From positions 17,232,587 to 17,296,586 of the forward strand of contig CM120648.1 in NCBI GenBank assembly GCA_051362555.1: a stretch of 64,000 nt of DNA, read 5' to 3'. The notes below the pieces were generated by a model. It was not told the DNA's origin and ran no database searches. It saw nothing but the letters and a program-made list of their open reading frames with translations. Position 1 is the stretch's first letter. The number at the start of each line of letters is the position of its first letter. Below are positions 14,007 through 27,094 of this stretch, piece by piece. This DNA is from Lingula anatina. Taxonomy: Eukaryota; Animalia; Brachiopoda. The position numbers and the translations under genes were made by a program.

Positions 14007-14531
14007 CTGACAATACGATGGCTGATGAGCGGTCAATGATTGTGTGTGCTATATTTTTATGGTAATTCCAACCCTTTTTCACAACTCGGCACAGGTTTAT
14101 AGATCAAAATTTTCTCAAGGGCTTTGAAAATGGTAACCGTGCTGATAAATGAAATTTCAGAAAATGTTTATATGAGTGAAAAGGTCTAGCGAACATACAA
14201 CATTGGTCAAAAAGGCTGTCCCACCCCCATTTCCATGTACTTTGATTTACAAATGATCACCTCACAGCTGTAAATTGTTAGAAATAGCGCTTTTTATTAC
14301 AGATACCGTGTCTAACATGATTAATGGTTAAAAAAACAACAAAATACTGGTGAAAATATACACATTTTATACCATTTAGTAAAATTTATAAGAGGTACCC
14401 CCTCAAACCCATTGTTTCATTGTGACTTCTACAGATATAAAAAAATGTCTAATAAATTGAAAAGACGCCATCAAATGTCACCAAATTCACACTCAATTAG
14501 CATTAGGGTGTGCTCGTTAAAGATCACATGC

Positions 14532-14857
14532 CTAACAGCGTGTGCGTCTACCGTGTACTGCAATTATCTCCTGTAGACGGCGCAACAAGCCTTCAACACG
14601 GGTAACAATTCTGTTCTGTGGGATATTGTCCCATTCATCCCAAAGAGCGTGGCGGAATTGGTCAAGATTATTTGGGAATTGGTTCTCCTCTGCAATGCAC
14701 ATTTCAATTAATGCTACTGGTGCTCAGGAGGATTAATATCAGGGCTTAAAGACGGTTGTCCCATCCTCAGAGTCCTGTGTTTCTGCTGTTAGGCACGTTT
14801 CTGCAACAAATCGCTTGCCAGACGAGAGCTGTGAGCAAGTGCGTTGTCACAATGAAG
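14532..14857 (-). pseudogene. Tc1-family DD34E transposase C-terminal remnant (left arm)
   Basis: Minus-strand translation with stops and frameshifts: LHCDNALAHSSRL ... QPSLSPDINPPEH ... DEWDNIPQNRIVTRVEGLLRRLQEIIAVHGRRTRC*. This matches the Tc1 motifs QQDNAxxH, WPxxSPDLNPIE and EW..IP...SMPRRL..VI..GG.TKY. Confidence 0.88.
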
Positions 14858-15242
14858 CCAGTAGCATCCCTGAAGTCACCTCTTGCAAATAGAATGAGAT
14901 TTCTGTTGAGAATATTACATTAAAATGCCCCTGTTACGTTTTGTTCCAAAAGGAACAATGTACTAATACCATAGGCTTGGAATGTTCTCCAAATGCGGAC
15001 TGATCTAACACCTCAGGCGATATTATCCTACACACACCCTTCCAAGAGGCATTTTTTAACATGTCTATGGATCCTCATTTGACCATCGATGGGATAAAAG
15101 AAATAATTTGATTCTGCATCAAAACCGACTTCCTTCCAGTGATGGATGGCCAGGTTCAGGTGCCTGTGGGATCACTGAACGAAGCATTCTCAGTTGATAT
15201 CTCATTCCATCTTCAAGTACTGACTTTGGGGTTAACTCCAGG

Positions 15243-15549
15243 CTTCATCATGACTGCACACTTGCTCACACCTCTCGCCTGGCAAGTGCTTGTTGAAGAA
15301 ACACAATGCTCTAAGGATAGAACCACCATCTTTGAGCCCTGACAATAAACTTACTAATCAACTGTGACATGAATTGGAGTGTGCAATGCAAAAGAGAACC
15401 AACCCCTTAAAAACGTGGACCAACTCCCCCAACTTGTTTAAGAAGAATGGGACAATATCCCACATAACAGATTTGTTACCCGTGTTGAGGGTTTGTCGCG
15501 CCGTCTACAGGGGATAATTGCAGTACGCGGTAGACGAACACGCTGTTAG
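15243..15549 (+). pseudogene. Tc1-family transposase C-terminal remnant (right arm)
   Basis: LHHDCTLAHTSRL ... PSLSPD ... EEWDNIPHNRFVTRVEGLSRRLQGIIAVRGRRTRC*; inverted copy of the left-arm remnant. Confidence 0.86.
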
Positions 15550-18326
15550 GCACGTGACCTTTAACGAACACACCCTAATGCTAATTGTGTGTGAATTTGG
15601 TGACATTTGATGGCGTCTTTTCAATTTAATAGACATTTCTTTACATCTGTAGAAGTTACAATGAAACAGTGGATTTGAGGGGGTACCTCTTATAAATTTT
15701 ACTTAATTGTATAAAATGTGTATATTTTCACCACTGTTTTGTATTTTTTTACCATTAATCATGTTAGACACGGTATCTGTAATAAAAAGCATTATTTCTA
15801 ACAATTTACAGCTGCGAGGTGATCATTTGTAAATCAAAGTACATGGAAATGGGGGTGGGACAACCTTTTTGACCAATGTTGTATTATGTCATCATTAAGT
15901 GTACCTAGGTTTTTTTTTTTGCACATAGACTCAGGCCATGGAATCTGGAGTGAATGCACATTGTACAGTGTCAATGTGTGGAACGCAATCAGTTATTTAA
16001 GAACACGAAACTAGCCAGCCTAGCAATGTGTAATATTTCTTAGCAGACACGCTATAGACAAAACAAAGCAAACTCTGTGAATGGATGCTTTCCACACACA
16101 TCTTCACACCTACATTGTTTTTAAAATACGAAGTCACCATTATTTGATAACTATAGACGTTTTGTAACTCGTCACCTCCATTTTTACCATGCGGAACCAA
16201 TTTAAATATCTATTAGATGAATTAAAATGGGTTGGGGGCGTCTTGAACCGACATTACATGGCATTTCTGAAGATCAAAAATCGATCCCTCCATGTGGATT
16301 GTATAATAGCCTACTTAGGAAAGAATAAATGAATGCCATTTTTGTAATGTATATATTCATAAATACGGAGTTTCCTCGTCTGTATGCAGATATATGCCGT
16401 TTTTTTCCGAGAAATTCTTGGTAATTGGATTAGATTCGAGGACATGTTGTCTGCTTTCAGGGCCAAATTAACAAGATATTGAAACTGTTTTTTTTACCTG
16501 TTTACAAGCAGCTACCTCGAAAGAGATCGTTATTAGTTAGGACAAATGTAGCTGAAACCTGACACGTTGTCACAGAATGACTGATATGAAAACAATGAGG
16601 TTATTATTAAGGGCAAAAACGAGCACAAAGTGAATTGATAAACATTATTTATGAAACTACCCCTTGTACACTGCAGTGGTATAAAATCACAGAGACCCAT
16701 ACATAGGTTGTTAGGGAAATTAGAAAATAATAAAGCACCCAACGTCTAGACAACAAAAAAAAAAATCTGTACCTAAATATCTCTACAGAGACCAAGCAAA
16801 TTCGGACAAATGTCTTGTAAATCTGAAACGCTGGTCTAGAATTACTGACGAGAAGCGAGAGAAAATGGGCGAGCAGGATAACTCGAACCTTTGGCATACT
16901 AAGGAAAGGTTCGGCGAGAAGTTATGTACTTTGGGGGGGGGGGGGGGGGGGGAGTCCGAGGTTATTTCAGGTGGAAATAGACAGACTTGCTGTGTTCTAA
17001 GGGGCCCCACAGGCAATAAGGTAGACAATAATGTCTGTTTATTTCCTAACCAGAGAACACACCAAGAGCACTGATAATTGCCATAGATACAGAGTCAATG
17101 AAAGTTATTCAACGTATATCAGGAATGCGGCTTTAGGCGAAATTATCACCACTTCTTTCCCTCGAGAATGTCTGAGTATTACATCAATAAATTGAGAATA
17201 TTTCTAAATATCTATCTGCTGACAAAGAGACAATTTCCATACGATGAGAACGACCTCTTTTGAGCATCTCTGAGTTTATTTACTCTTCTCTTTGGCACCG
17301 TCATTGTTGTACAATGTATTGATGCATCAAAGCGTCGAAAATGTTTTCAATATTTCCGCTTTTTCAAGTAAAGAATAAAACAATAAATCCCATACAGCAG
17401 TATGGTAGCTTTGTAAAGCACTCACGCACACGTGGCTAGGATATCAATTGACGGGCTTAATGTTCTGTAGGTATGCTACATTTGAGTATTTGCTGAACGT
17501 GCTTGGCGTGTTTTTCCAGAACCGGTGAATTATTTCCGTTGCTCTTAAGTGTTTCTGCTATCTCCATCGCCATCATTTATGTCAGGCTGATCAAGAATGA
17601 ACCTAGTGATATTTTACAAGTTCTGAAACAAGTCGATCTCGTATTCCCCGAATTTCCCCCCCTGAAACCGGACTTATCATTAGTAATAATCTACTGGGGA
17701 ATCCTTTCTCACCATCTGGAAGCACCTGGCATTAACAAATTAGATAACCTTCATTCTTGAGAAGATTACCGTGTCTATGGGGATTCTTATGTGAGGATTC
17801 TTATTTGTGATTTCTTGAATTACGGAAGATCAACGCGCAGTTTGAGTTACGGGCTTAGCTACCGCTTCTATGTTTTTTTTCTTTATCTTCTCAATGCTTA
17901 CGTTGCACGGTCAAAAGATGATCGTGTGTGCACGGCGACCTGAGATCGAATCCCAAATCACAGGTGACCCAGTAACTGACATATTAGCAGAATTACATTT
18001 GTACAAATTCCTGGCCAATTGGCACATTTAAGGACAGCATGAATAGTACCTATATGCATGCAGAAGAATTGCTCTACTATTCAATTTGACGTGTGTGGCA
18101 GTAAATTTCTTAGCGTGAGTCACATCTCGTTACACCCAGTAATAGAATATCACTCAGTTACACAACGTTGTGTTGTAATGGATCCATATACGTAATTCAG
18201 GATACATTTAATGCTTCCTCTATACACCAGTGGCATTTCACAGTGTCTTAGACAAAATTAATAAAGCTTCAAAAGTAGACATAAGAAAGGGTGCCGGGCG
18301 TGCTTGATTATATGCATGATTATAAG

Positions 18327-18487
18327 CCGGTGTAACGAAAATGGGGGTCCGTGTCACACAAAGTCCGTCCTCCATTTAGTTATAATGGTTAGGGTTAGCC
18401 TGACTAAATCTACGGCGAGGCCTTCCTGTACAAATGAATGGGAAGCGAACTCTTTATCATGGTGGACTCTCTGTCACGTTACATCGG
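18327..18487. mobile_element. Diverged member of the GTTAGGGTTAG foldback MITE family
   Basis: TIR CCGGTGTAACG...CGTTACATCGG; internal AAGTCC, GGTTAGGGTTAG, CCTGTACA and AATGGGAAGCG as in the other copies. Confidence 0.6.
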
Positions 18488-18762
18488 TACTCGATGTTCA
18501 ACATTCAGGGCACGTGTTAGGACCCAGTGTCACTGGTAAATGGCTCTGAAACCACGTTCTTGCATGTGGCGTTTTGTGAAGATGAGAGGTCTTTGAACTT
18601 ACCAATATGTGACCGCAAACAGGGACGTTGGTTGCTGTCGGGTCAGTATGATGAGTATGATGTTTGTGTGACTATTTAAATGGTATTAACTTTAATTCAT
18701 GAAGCACGGCTCTTCTTTGCCTTCACTTGTTTTACAGATTGTTGGATATAAAAATGATGATG

Positions 18763-18798
<36 letters not shown>

Positions 18799-21700
18799 GT
18801 ATCTATGGGTAAAAGAAACTGTAGACATTATGCGACTTGTCTCTTGCTGGAAGAGGATAAATCACAAACTGCCTCACGTCTGTGGGGGTGGGGGTGGGGG
18901 GGGGGGGAGGAGGGGGTGCGTTGCCCTCCCTTTATATGCATGAGCCTTAATGTGACCACGACCTTCTTCGCAGCTAATGGAAACCCAGCAAAGCGTCCAG
19001 AGTACCGTTAACTGGTCTCCTCTCGACATTTGATAGCAAATCAATGAGTAATGATTTAATACACGCATTACCAAAACACTAACTCACGACCGCCCACACA
19101 CAGAAAGCTGATACTAATAGCAAATCGCTTCTGTGGCATGTTCACATTGGAACTTACTTAAACAAAGAAAAAACTAATTTACGTCACAAAATGTCGTGAT
19201 TGCACAATGATCAATTCCTAGTACGCATTGAAATGTAAAGTCGATTTTTAAGCAATGTCACTTCATCTAGGAAAGTCATTAAAGGTCTAAGTTATTCCCT
19301 ATGTGAACGAGCATGTAGTCTGGTATCGCCGCTAATCTGTGACATCGTGAAGGGTGGATATATAGTCAATATTGGTTTTGATGAAGTGTAAATAAAACGA
19401 AGTAGGACTTCACCCGGAGGCCACAAGTGCGTGCCGTTTGTCGCTTTGTTGGCGCTATTCTGCTCTCTGGGAACGCAAATAGATTCCACTTCTTGTCAAA
19501 TAATATGCCATAATTCCGCCACTTTGGAAGAATGTTCTCTCTGATTGATTAGACAGGGTAAGTTAGAGCGTGCTGCATGCATATATACATAAATATATAC
19601 CCATAAGACCCAACTACTGTCAGATATTCATTGGATAAACGTTGCTTGGTACAACAGCTTGAAGGAAATTGGAAGAAAGACTTTTTTCTTGGATATAATC
19701 GGCGGTGTTCATGAGGTGAGCATTTTAACGTCTGTTATAATCAGATACTAGCAAAGTTATATACTATAAGGGCTTATTACAAACCGTTGATTCGTTTTAG
19801 AAGAATGTTTTAGAAGAAGGTTTTAGAAGTAGGTTTTGTCAACCTGCAAACTGACCACAGGTCGCCTTTTGTAAAACCATTGACCTTTGACCCTGTTTTG
19901 TGCCAATGTTGTTTGGAACAGGTTCTCGTAGTGAAGCCAATGTGGTACTTAAAATAATGCCAGAACTCTTAGAATGGTATTGACATATGGTGTTATATGG
20001 CCATACTCCAGCTTGCTGCCTCTTGAGGGATTAATTACAAGTAATTATAATTTTATTTAAGAGTTATAATATTAACCAGGCACATCACATTGCGTTGTAA
20101 CATTCGGTAACATTATTTGGATATCTTGCATTGAGATTAACGTGAATTCAGTGGTCCAGGACAAAGAAGTATTCTACAATCTTTGCCATTTTTGTATGTT
20201 TATTATATCGTGCCTTGTATGCTTCCTAAAGATGTGAGAAATGGACAGGAATCAAGCGAGAGAATTCCACTGAGAAGTAGAGCCGTCTCCAGCCATTTGG
20301 CATCGGCGGGTAATGAAGATTTATTGTCAGCCTATGCCCTGATGCCTCGTTTATGTTTTGCTTAAGGAGTCGTAACTTATCACTCCTCCGCTGTAGAGAA
20401 AACTGACACACACTTATCTTTCTTCATCTTTCCTCCCTCATGTCTTTCTTTCTTTTCTTCTTTTTCTTTCATTTTTTCTTTCTTTCTTTCTTTCTTTCAT
20501 ATTCAGAAAAAAGACTAAAATGGATGGATGAAAGAAGCACAAAACAACGAAGTAGCTCTCTCTTCTTCTCTCTCAGCCTGTCTCTCACTGCCCCCTGTGT
20601 CTCTCTCTCTCTGACCTTGGGCCCTTTTTCCCGAAAAAAAGAACGCATCATTGGGAAAACGATGATATCCACTGCAACATTATAGAATTGAGTAATGAAG
20701 CAGAGGTTATCATTAAGTGAACCAGCCCGACCTTTCAGCTCTTAAACTTCATAAAGCTAAAAAATAGTCACATTAGGTGTGTCAAACGAAGTGCAGCCTG
20801 CATATATATTTTGTAGTAATTTAAACGTTACGATGTACGTTCTTTCGCTTATCTTTCTTGAAGTCCGACAAATGCCTCATGTTGGGAAAATTGATAATTA
20901 TTGAAGACAGCTGGATGATTTGATGAGATGTACTTGGGTGAGATATACCTTCTGAGAAAGATATTGGCTCTTTCATGGCCACACCAATCTCCACTAACCC
21001 GTGTTCTCTGCCAGGATATAATTGGTATAATTGGTTTTTCATATGCGTGATTAACACGTTTATTTCTTTCATCTTCCAGATATTACCACACGGGAAGAGA
21101 ATTGCAAGTGTAGGTTAATTAAGCCAACACCGCTGATGTGACGTGACGTGTGAGTATATAGAATGAAATATTCAACTACAGTAGAAAAATTGATGCTAGG
21201 TATCGGAAAGAACTTTGAGAAATCTAACAGAGTGATGCAATGTATTTTTTCGCATGAAAATACATATATATATCTGTAACAGTCTTTCTCTAACTCTCTC
21301 TCTCTCTCTTTCATACACACCTTTTAAGTTCACAATTCTGATTCATGTTTGCGTAAGTCCACGTGGTATTCTGCATATAATCTACATATGTGTTTTCAAT
21401 CACACTAACAAACATGGCGGGAACAATTTGCACCAAGCTCCTTCAGCCTTGGCCCTTCATCCTCTGTACACAGTAATCAACTGTGAAATTATCATCCTCT
21501 TCAGAAAGATTACACGTACCAATGTGTTTCTTTTGAAAGACAAGATAATGGATATAATGTACGTCTCTGCCATATTATCTCCGCGCTGTGACTTAGCTAG
21601 GATCTGTCAGGGAAGAAGGCACTTAAGCGTGGTATTTGGAAGCATGAAATAATTCAAAAATGACACTCGCACGAAATTGATCAATTGTGAATTACATTGG

Positions 21701-22754
21701 AAGCAATGTTCTGTAAAAGTGGAGAATTGATTCGGATACAAGGTTCATGGTCATGAAATACCTGTCTTTAGCACGAAAAATATTACAGCAGAAATACAAA
21801 CATTTTCATGCAATATATATGTTTATTTCAGGCATGCAAAACACATGTATTTAATATTAAAATAGATTAATGTATTAACCCTTTTTTGTTACATACATGA
21901 TACTTTAACATCTGCAATGGGTGCTCATTTAATCATTATTTCAATCCACACCAATCAAAGAGGCATCATTTCTTTTATCGGTATCTTCCTGCCGTTACTG
22001 TCTGATATGCTAAATGCTCGTGAATCAGAGTGCGTCCGTTTTGAAATTCATTTAAATGGCACAATATGAATTGTCTCAAGAATATATTTTTTTATTTTAA
22101 TTGGGACTTACGCTGTATGTTGGGAAAAAATAGAATCGTGCTGGTAGTCATGATCAGCTACTTACATCAGAAGCGTTTCATTTGGTTCCGTTCCCTGAAA
22201 TCTATTACACCGGGATAAAACACGATAAGTGTTCCATCATATCACAAACCCTGCAATCGATTGTGATGTGCTATCACAATGTTTCAAAAATGGATTTGGG
22301 TGGATTTTGAAAAAAAAAGTGCAAACCCCACAGATAAAACGTCTGGTTTCAATGATATTATTACGAAGGACAGTAGAATCACTTTGCTATCTTAGGCGCC
22401 ACTCCAGTCATCATGTACATTTCAGAGTCGTAATTTTACTGTCTAAATAATGAATTAGTTCAGATTAGATTACGCAACGCATGCACCATCTGTTTCCAAG
22501 GAAAATGAATTATTTTTTAAATTCAAAAGGAATTTTTCTAGTTCCTAATGGCCTAAATTGAATACTTATTATTGATTTATCATGACAACGGTTGCTTTCT
22601 AATGTATTTTTCAATCAACTTTTCTTACTTATCTGAATAATTGGTGTCTAACATTTTGGCATGCGCTTAACCGTGGTTTTCTGTCTATGGCTTTGCGTTC
22701 CATACAGAATTGATTCTCAGTTACCAAGAAATGTTCAGTAGCCAAATGTACGGG

Positions 22755-23237
22755 CCATTCATTGATGAGCGCAAGGATGAACAAAAACAGGACCATTTTG
22801 GTCATTTTACGTTGTAAGGTCATAAAGGAGAGTCACGGAGCTTGATAATAATAATAATAATAATAATAATAACAGTAATAACAATAATTACAAAAGTGAT
22901 ATAAATATTATATTTGAAAATTATCATGATGATAATTTTCAAAGTCAGACGTCCAATACTTGTTTCAAACTGAAATCCAAAGGTAAGGAGTATTCACTGA
23001 GCACGAGGACAAACTAAAACAGGGCAATTTTAGTCATTTTACATTGGTAGGCCGAGAGACTGCATCAAAGCCAACCGCAGCAAGCTCATAAAAGGAGAGA
23101 CACATAGCTTAATAATAATAATAATAATAATAAATGGTATTATTTACAATAGTGGTATTAATATTATAATTGTTATTATTATGATGATAAAGTTTTCAAA
23201 GTCAGACTTCCAGTACTTTTTTGAAGCTGAAATCCAA
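22755..23237. repeat. Degenerate tandem duplication of about 230-250 bp, each copy containing an (AAT)n tract
   Basis: GTCATTTTAC, AAAGGAGAG, (AAT)n, TTTTCAAAGTCAGAC and CTGAAATCCAA occur twice in the same order. Confidence 0.8.
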
Positions 23238-24914
23238 TGCACTGATTTCGACATCTGATGGTAGCTGGAGAATCCATCTAGCACAACCCGTATCAGCGGC
23301 CGCAATGGTGCCCTGTCAGATTGCTGGAGTCGTCTGGTGATGTGTCATTAACAAAGACCGGTTTAGGTTTCAACTGTACTTGTACACAGGTGAAGCTTAT
23401 TGATTTGGATGACAATGGGAAGAGAACTGCTATCTCCCGCTGCAGGCGCCAGGCCGGGAAAATTAAAACCAGTGCTTTAAGTGTTTGATTCAGTTCCATT
23501 AATCCATTGTAGAAATGTGATAGTCAACATTTAAACCAACAGTCGCCAACGTTAGCTTACTAAAACTGACTTATATTAGACAACTACCATCAACCGCTGA
23601 ACTAAAAAGCACCTGTCAGTGGCCAAAGTTTAATTTTTTTTAGTCTTAGCTTTGCCTGTCGAATTTGTTAGCTGTCTACGGGAAGTCGACTTTGCGATGC
23701 TGGTCTCAGATCGTTACACGAAGAATTCTCAATAAATGGCATTGGTATAACTAAATGGCTCCTTGCAACCACAGTTAAATTGACACTAAAATCTATTTTT
23801 TATATTTGTGAAGCGAATTGAAACAAATAGTTTATTCCCCGCCCCTTGGCAAAATATTGGATCTGCAGTTGATTCTTAGAGACGTCATCATCACAGGACT
23901 CACTGCGGTTTACATATGGTGTGTTATGTTTACTGTGACCTACCGCTGTGAATTTTAAGAATCCGCCTAGAGTGGAGGAAGAAACAGTCAACGACCGCTT
24001 TTACTCCGCGCAATGACACGCCGTTTTATTATTGATATAAATCAAATAAGACTGCAGAAATTGGCAGAAAATTTCATGACCATCACAATATGATTCGCAT
24101 TAGTTCTCGCACTTATTTAATTGACTTGGTGACTTTTAGAAAAAAGACATTGTCAATATTGCAATGACAAGCGATCAAACAAAGCGTCCAAGTATGCGAA
24201 TTGCAATCAAGCAGACCAGTGCACGGCGTTCCATCTAATTAATAAAGGGCCTCTTTTAAATAATGACGGTGAGCCCGACACTTGGCGGTCATGCCGCGTT
24301 CACTATCATTGATCCGAAGGTAGCGTCATTAAGATGGATCATGGAGGTAAAGCTAAATTGCCTCTCTGCAATTTGACGCAGACGTCAGCAGAAGCGCGTT
24401 AAGATACCTGTTCATTAAACATGTGGCGCTAGTATGTGCACATGTTGCCTTCGAGAACATAAATCGCCCTTGATTTCCGCCTGAATGAAAACAGTACAGC
24501 CTATGTTTATAAACTTATAACAACTTGCTACAACTGAGTGCTTAGCCTGACGAAGAAAATATCTCCAGTTTAGGCGAAAAAAAATACGTGAGATTATAGA
24601 TCGTTTCACCTTGGTTTGCGATGCAAATTTCAAACATTTCAGCGCCGTTTATAAATTGCTTGTTTCTGACACAAATGATTATTCGTATTTCCGTCCATCT
24701 TTGTCCAAGGGATTCAATTGATTTCCCATTTCTAGGAAAAAACTCCTTGCCTGTCAAGGCGGAATGTGGGACAGAAGACTTAGGAGTGTGCGTCGACAAT
24801 TAGTGTGTCTCACGTACATGTGTCCCGTTATGCCACGTGCTATGATTTAACGCATGCGCATAGCTTCCTACATTCTGTGAATTCCAGTGTGGAGAATCCA
24901 TCAGTGGTAAATAA

Positions 24915-26250
24915 CAGGAAACGCTGAAGTGGCGGTTATCGCGTATTTGGTTGTGTCGTGACACTAGATGACCGCGGAGATTGCCCAGAAACACGTGTTT
25001 ACGGGTGATAGCGAATATCATGGACAGCTCCGTGTATATATACCTGTAAAAATATGTTTAAGTTCTTAAACACAGATGAATGCATATAAGTTGACTATCA
25101 GTCATCCACATGTTACAACATATTTCACTTAAATGAACTTAATAATATATTTGTGTCCTTTTTTCCGACAAATTTCGATTCCTCACACACACCACTAGGG
25201 CCTCTAGCAGGCAGACTAACAGTAGCATCTGACGATGTTTTGCTAGTCAGATGCAGAAATAGTGCATTATATTATTTTAACATTTTTACTATTTGATATC
25301 GTTATGCCACAGTGGCTTTACCAAGAGGAACAGTAGTGTACCATTTAGTTGTTCTGGAAAGTGGTGAATCCGGCCTTTTTTGTCCAGAATTGAGATGAAC
25401 GCCCAACCTGAAACGTGTCGTGACAACGAGCCATTTTACTTGATTAATGAATGTCAAATGTTCAATTCTGATTGAAATATAGGGTCGAAAAAACAATTTA
25501 GTAATAAGAAGCGTTTGTGACAGATAAGAGGTGCAGAAGGTGCAAATGAAACGTTTTTTGACGACACAAATCTTGAGTGTTTTCTTTTCCTTTGGTGTTA
25601 GTGAAAATTTATATGAACCTTGCCTATCTCGAAACTTGAACAAATTCATGGTCCCAAAGTGGCAACGGACGGATTCTGCTGAGTTTCATATCCAGTGGAC
25701 CATTTTTTTTTTGAGGGCGCTGAGCGCTCCATTGAAGTGGTTTATAGACAATTCAGCTCTGGGAAAGTCTCGTGCTCTTGTGCCGTTCCCCTCTAGACGT
25801 CGTTTTCCCGTGCTGCTGCTGAAACCCACTTCCGACCCGTGATAGACCTAGAAAACATTGTGAGCAATTCACCAAAACCCCCCAAAAATAATATCACATG
25901 TACAATAAACAGGTGGTTTTATTAGAACATCATTTTCTGAAAACAGAAATCGTCAGATCCAAGACTTGCAATAATGTTGACAAAGGTGCCATATCTGGTT
26001 GAATCTAATATGAACACATGGAAGCTGTTGTAGTTGAGAAGTGACCTCGCCATTTTTATCATCGGTAACACTGGGTTAAACTCCCATAACGAATACGGTC
26101 AATATTCTTGATAAATTGTTCCTCCACAGCTTTAAAGTGCCGCTCAGCAATTCCCTGTTAGTCTCTATTTGTTCTGGTTCATTAGAGCGAGACAGGGCCC
26201 TACTCAATCCATCTTGTCTTAAGTACACGAGAGCCTTGATCAGTAGATGT
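24915..26250 (-). pseudogene. Decayed Crypton-type (tyrosine recombinase / DUF3504-like) transposon gene with probable introns
   Basis: Frameshifted minus-strand fragments in the expected order: LIKALVYLRQDGLS, then ELL-RHFKAV-EEQFIKNIDRIRYG (~26245-26080); GYETQQNPS-RC (~25695-25660); QFW-KRPDSPLSRTTKWYTTVPLGKATV (~25392-25305); GIYTRSC-FAITRKH...LVSRHNQIRDNRHFS (25043-24920). These resemble the Crypton motifs IRYGL, NP.RCPV, FWQRP...WY..PLGKNT and YTNH..RATAIT...VSGH...Y. Pyrimidine-AG acceptors precede three of the blocks. Confidence 0.62.
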
Positions 26251-26507
26251 CGTTCCACTGGGGGGCATTGCTCTGACGTCTTGATTGAGGGTCGAACCAA
26301 AGTGCCGATAAGTCCATTGTTGAATTCCAATGTAGCAGCGATAATTCCATGTCTAAATAAGGGGACGTTTTCATCCGTTTTTGTCCAAATATGGTGATTG
26401 CCCAATGTGTCTAAGTCCAGTTATGGTGAATTGGCGATCTATACATGTCCTTTGAAGGCAGTCAGACCATCTGTCACACTCGGAACATGGGTTCAACGGG
26501 AACAAAG

Positions 26508-26728
26508 CAGGGGCGGACCCAGGATTATTTGCATGGGGGAGGGGGTGCAGTTTTTTTAAAAAGGATGACATGCTTCCGATGCGAGGGCGACCTTTGCCGC
26601 CTTGGTGTGTCGTTTGGTACAGTTAAGAGTTATGTATTAGCTCTTCAAAATTCTAATAGCAAGAGGGGGCTATTGGTGTGATTTGGTGAAAAGACCCCCC
26701 CCCCCGACACCCCCTAAACCGGCCACTG
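26508..26728. mobile_element. hAT-like MITE (221 bp), degenerate
   Basis: CAGGGGCGGACCCAGG ... CCTAAACCGGCCACTG termini with G-rich and C-rich subterminal runs; TSD not clean. Confidence 0.5.
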
Positions 26729-27094
26729 ACATAGCAAACCTAAATGCATCGCAATGGAATTTTAAGTTCTTTCAATCCGGGAGAAACGTAGTGTTACAGT
26801 TAATACACATTTTAACGCCGTGGAGTTTGTTTGAGGTCAAGAATAAAATTTCAGATGGTCTAGCAAAGTCTACAGCCTACAGTTTTCTCTCCTGGGCATA
26901 ACTGTGATTTGGCTGGCACATAAAGAGACAAAGTAGTAAGTGTAGTTAAATATTAAACCTTAGTCTTATGTCATAACATAACCAGAGGAGACTGAACTGT
27001 TGGTGAAGTTAAAAAAAACGTTATTCATAATAAAAGAGGTGAATCGATTCTAAAGACACCTGACGTGCTTTCTATTTGGACACTTCACTACAGG

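Larger units (their letters stand above)
14198..15881. mobile_element. Non-autonomous palindromic Tc1/mariner element (1684 bp) with TA target-site duplication
   Basis: Termini TA|CAACATTGGTCAAAAAGG ... CCTTTTTGACCAATGTTG|TA. Inverted arms run about 14198-14913 and 15186-15881, and both arms carry transposase C-terminal remnants. Confidence 0.93.

Noticed and set aside
17173-17186. 14-nt match TGAGTATTACATCA to the 5' end of miR-12
   Set aside because: The 3' part of the mature sequence does not match, and the local fold places the loop at the end of the would-be mature arm; not a pre-miRNA shape.
17895-17960. tRNA gene
   Set aside because: Only a B-box-like motif; no A box or cloverleaf could be built.
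19881-19893. Perfect DR1 nuclear-receptor element TGACCTTTGACCC
   Set aside because: A single isolated motif with no supporting context, so function cannot be claimed from sequence alone.
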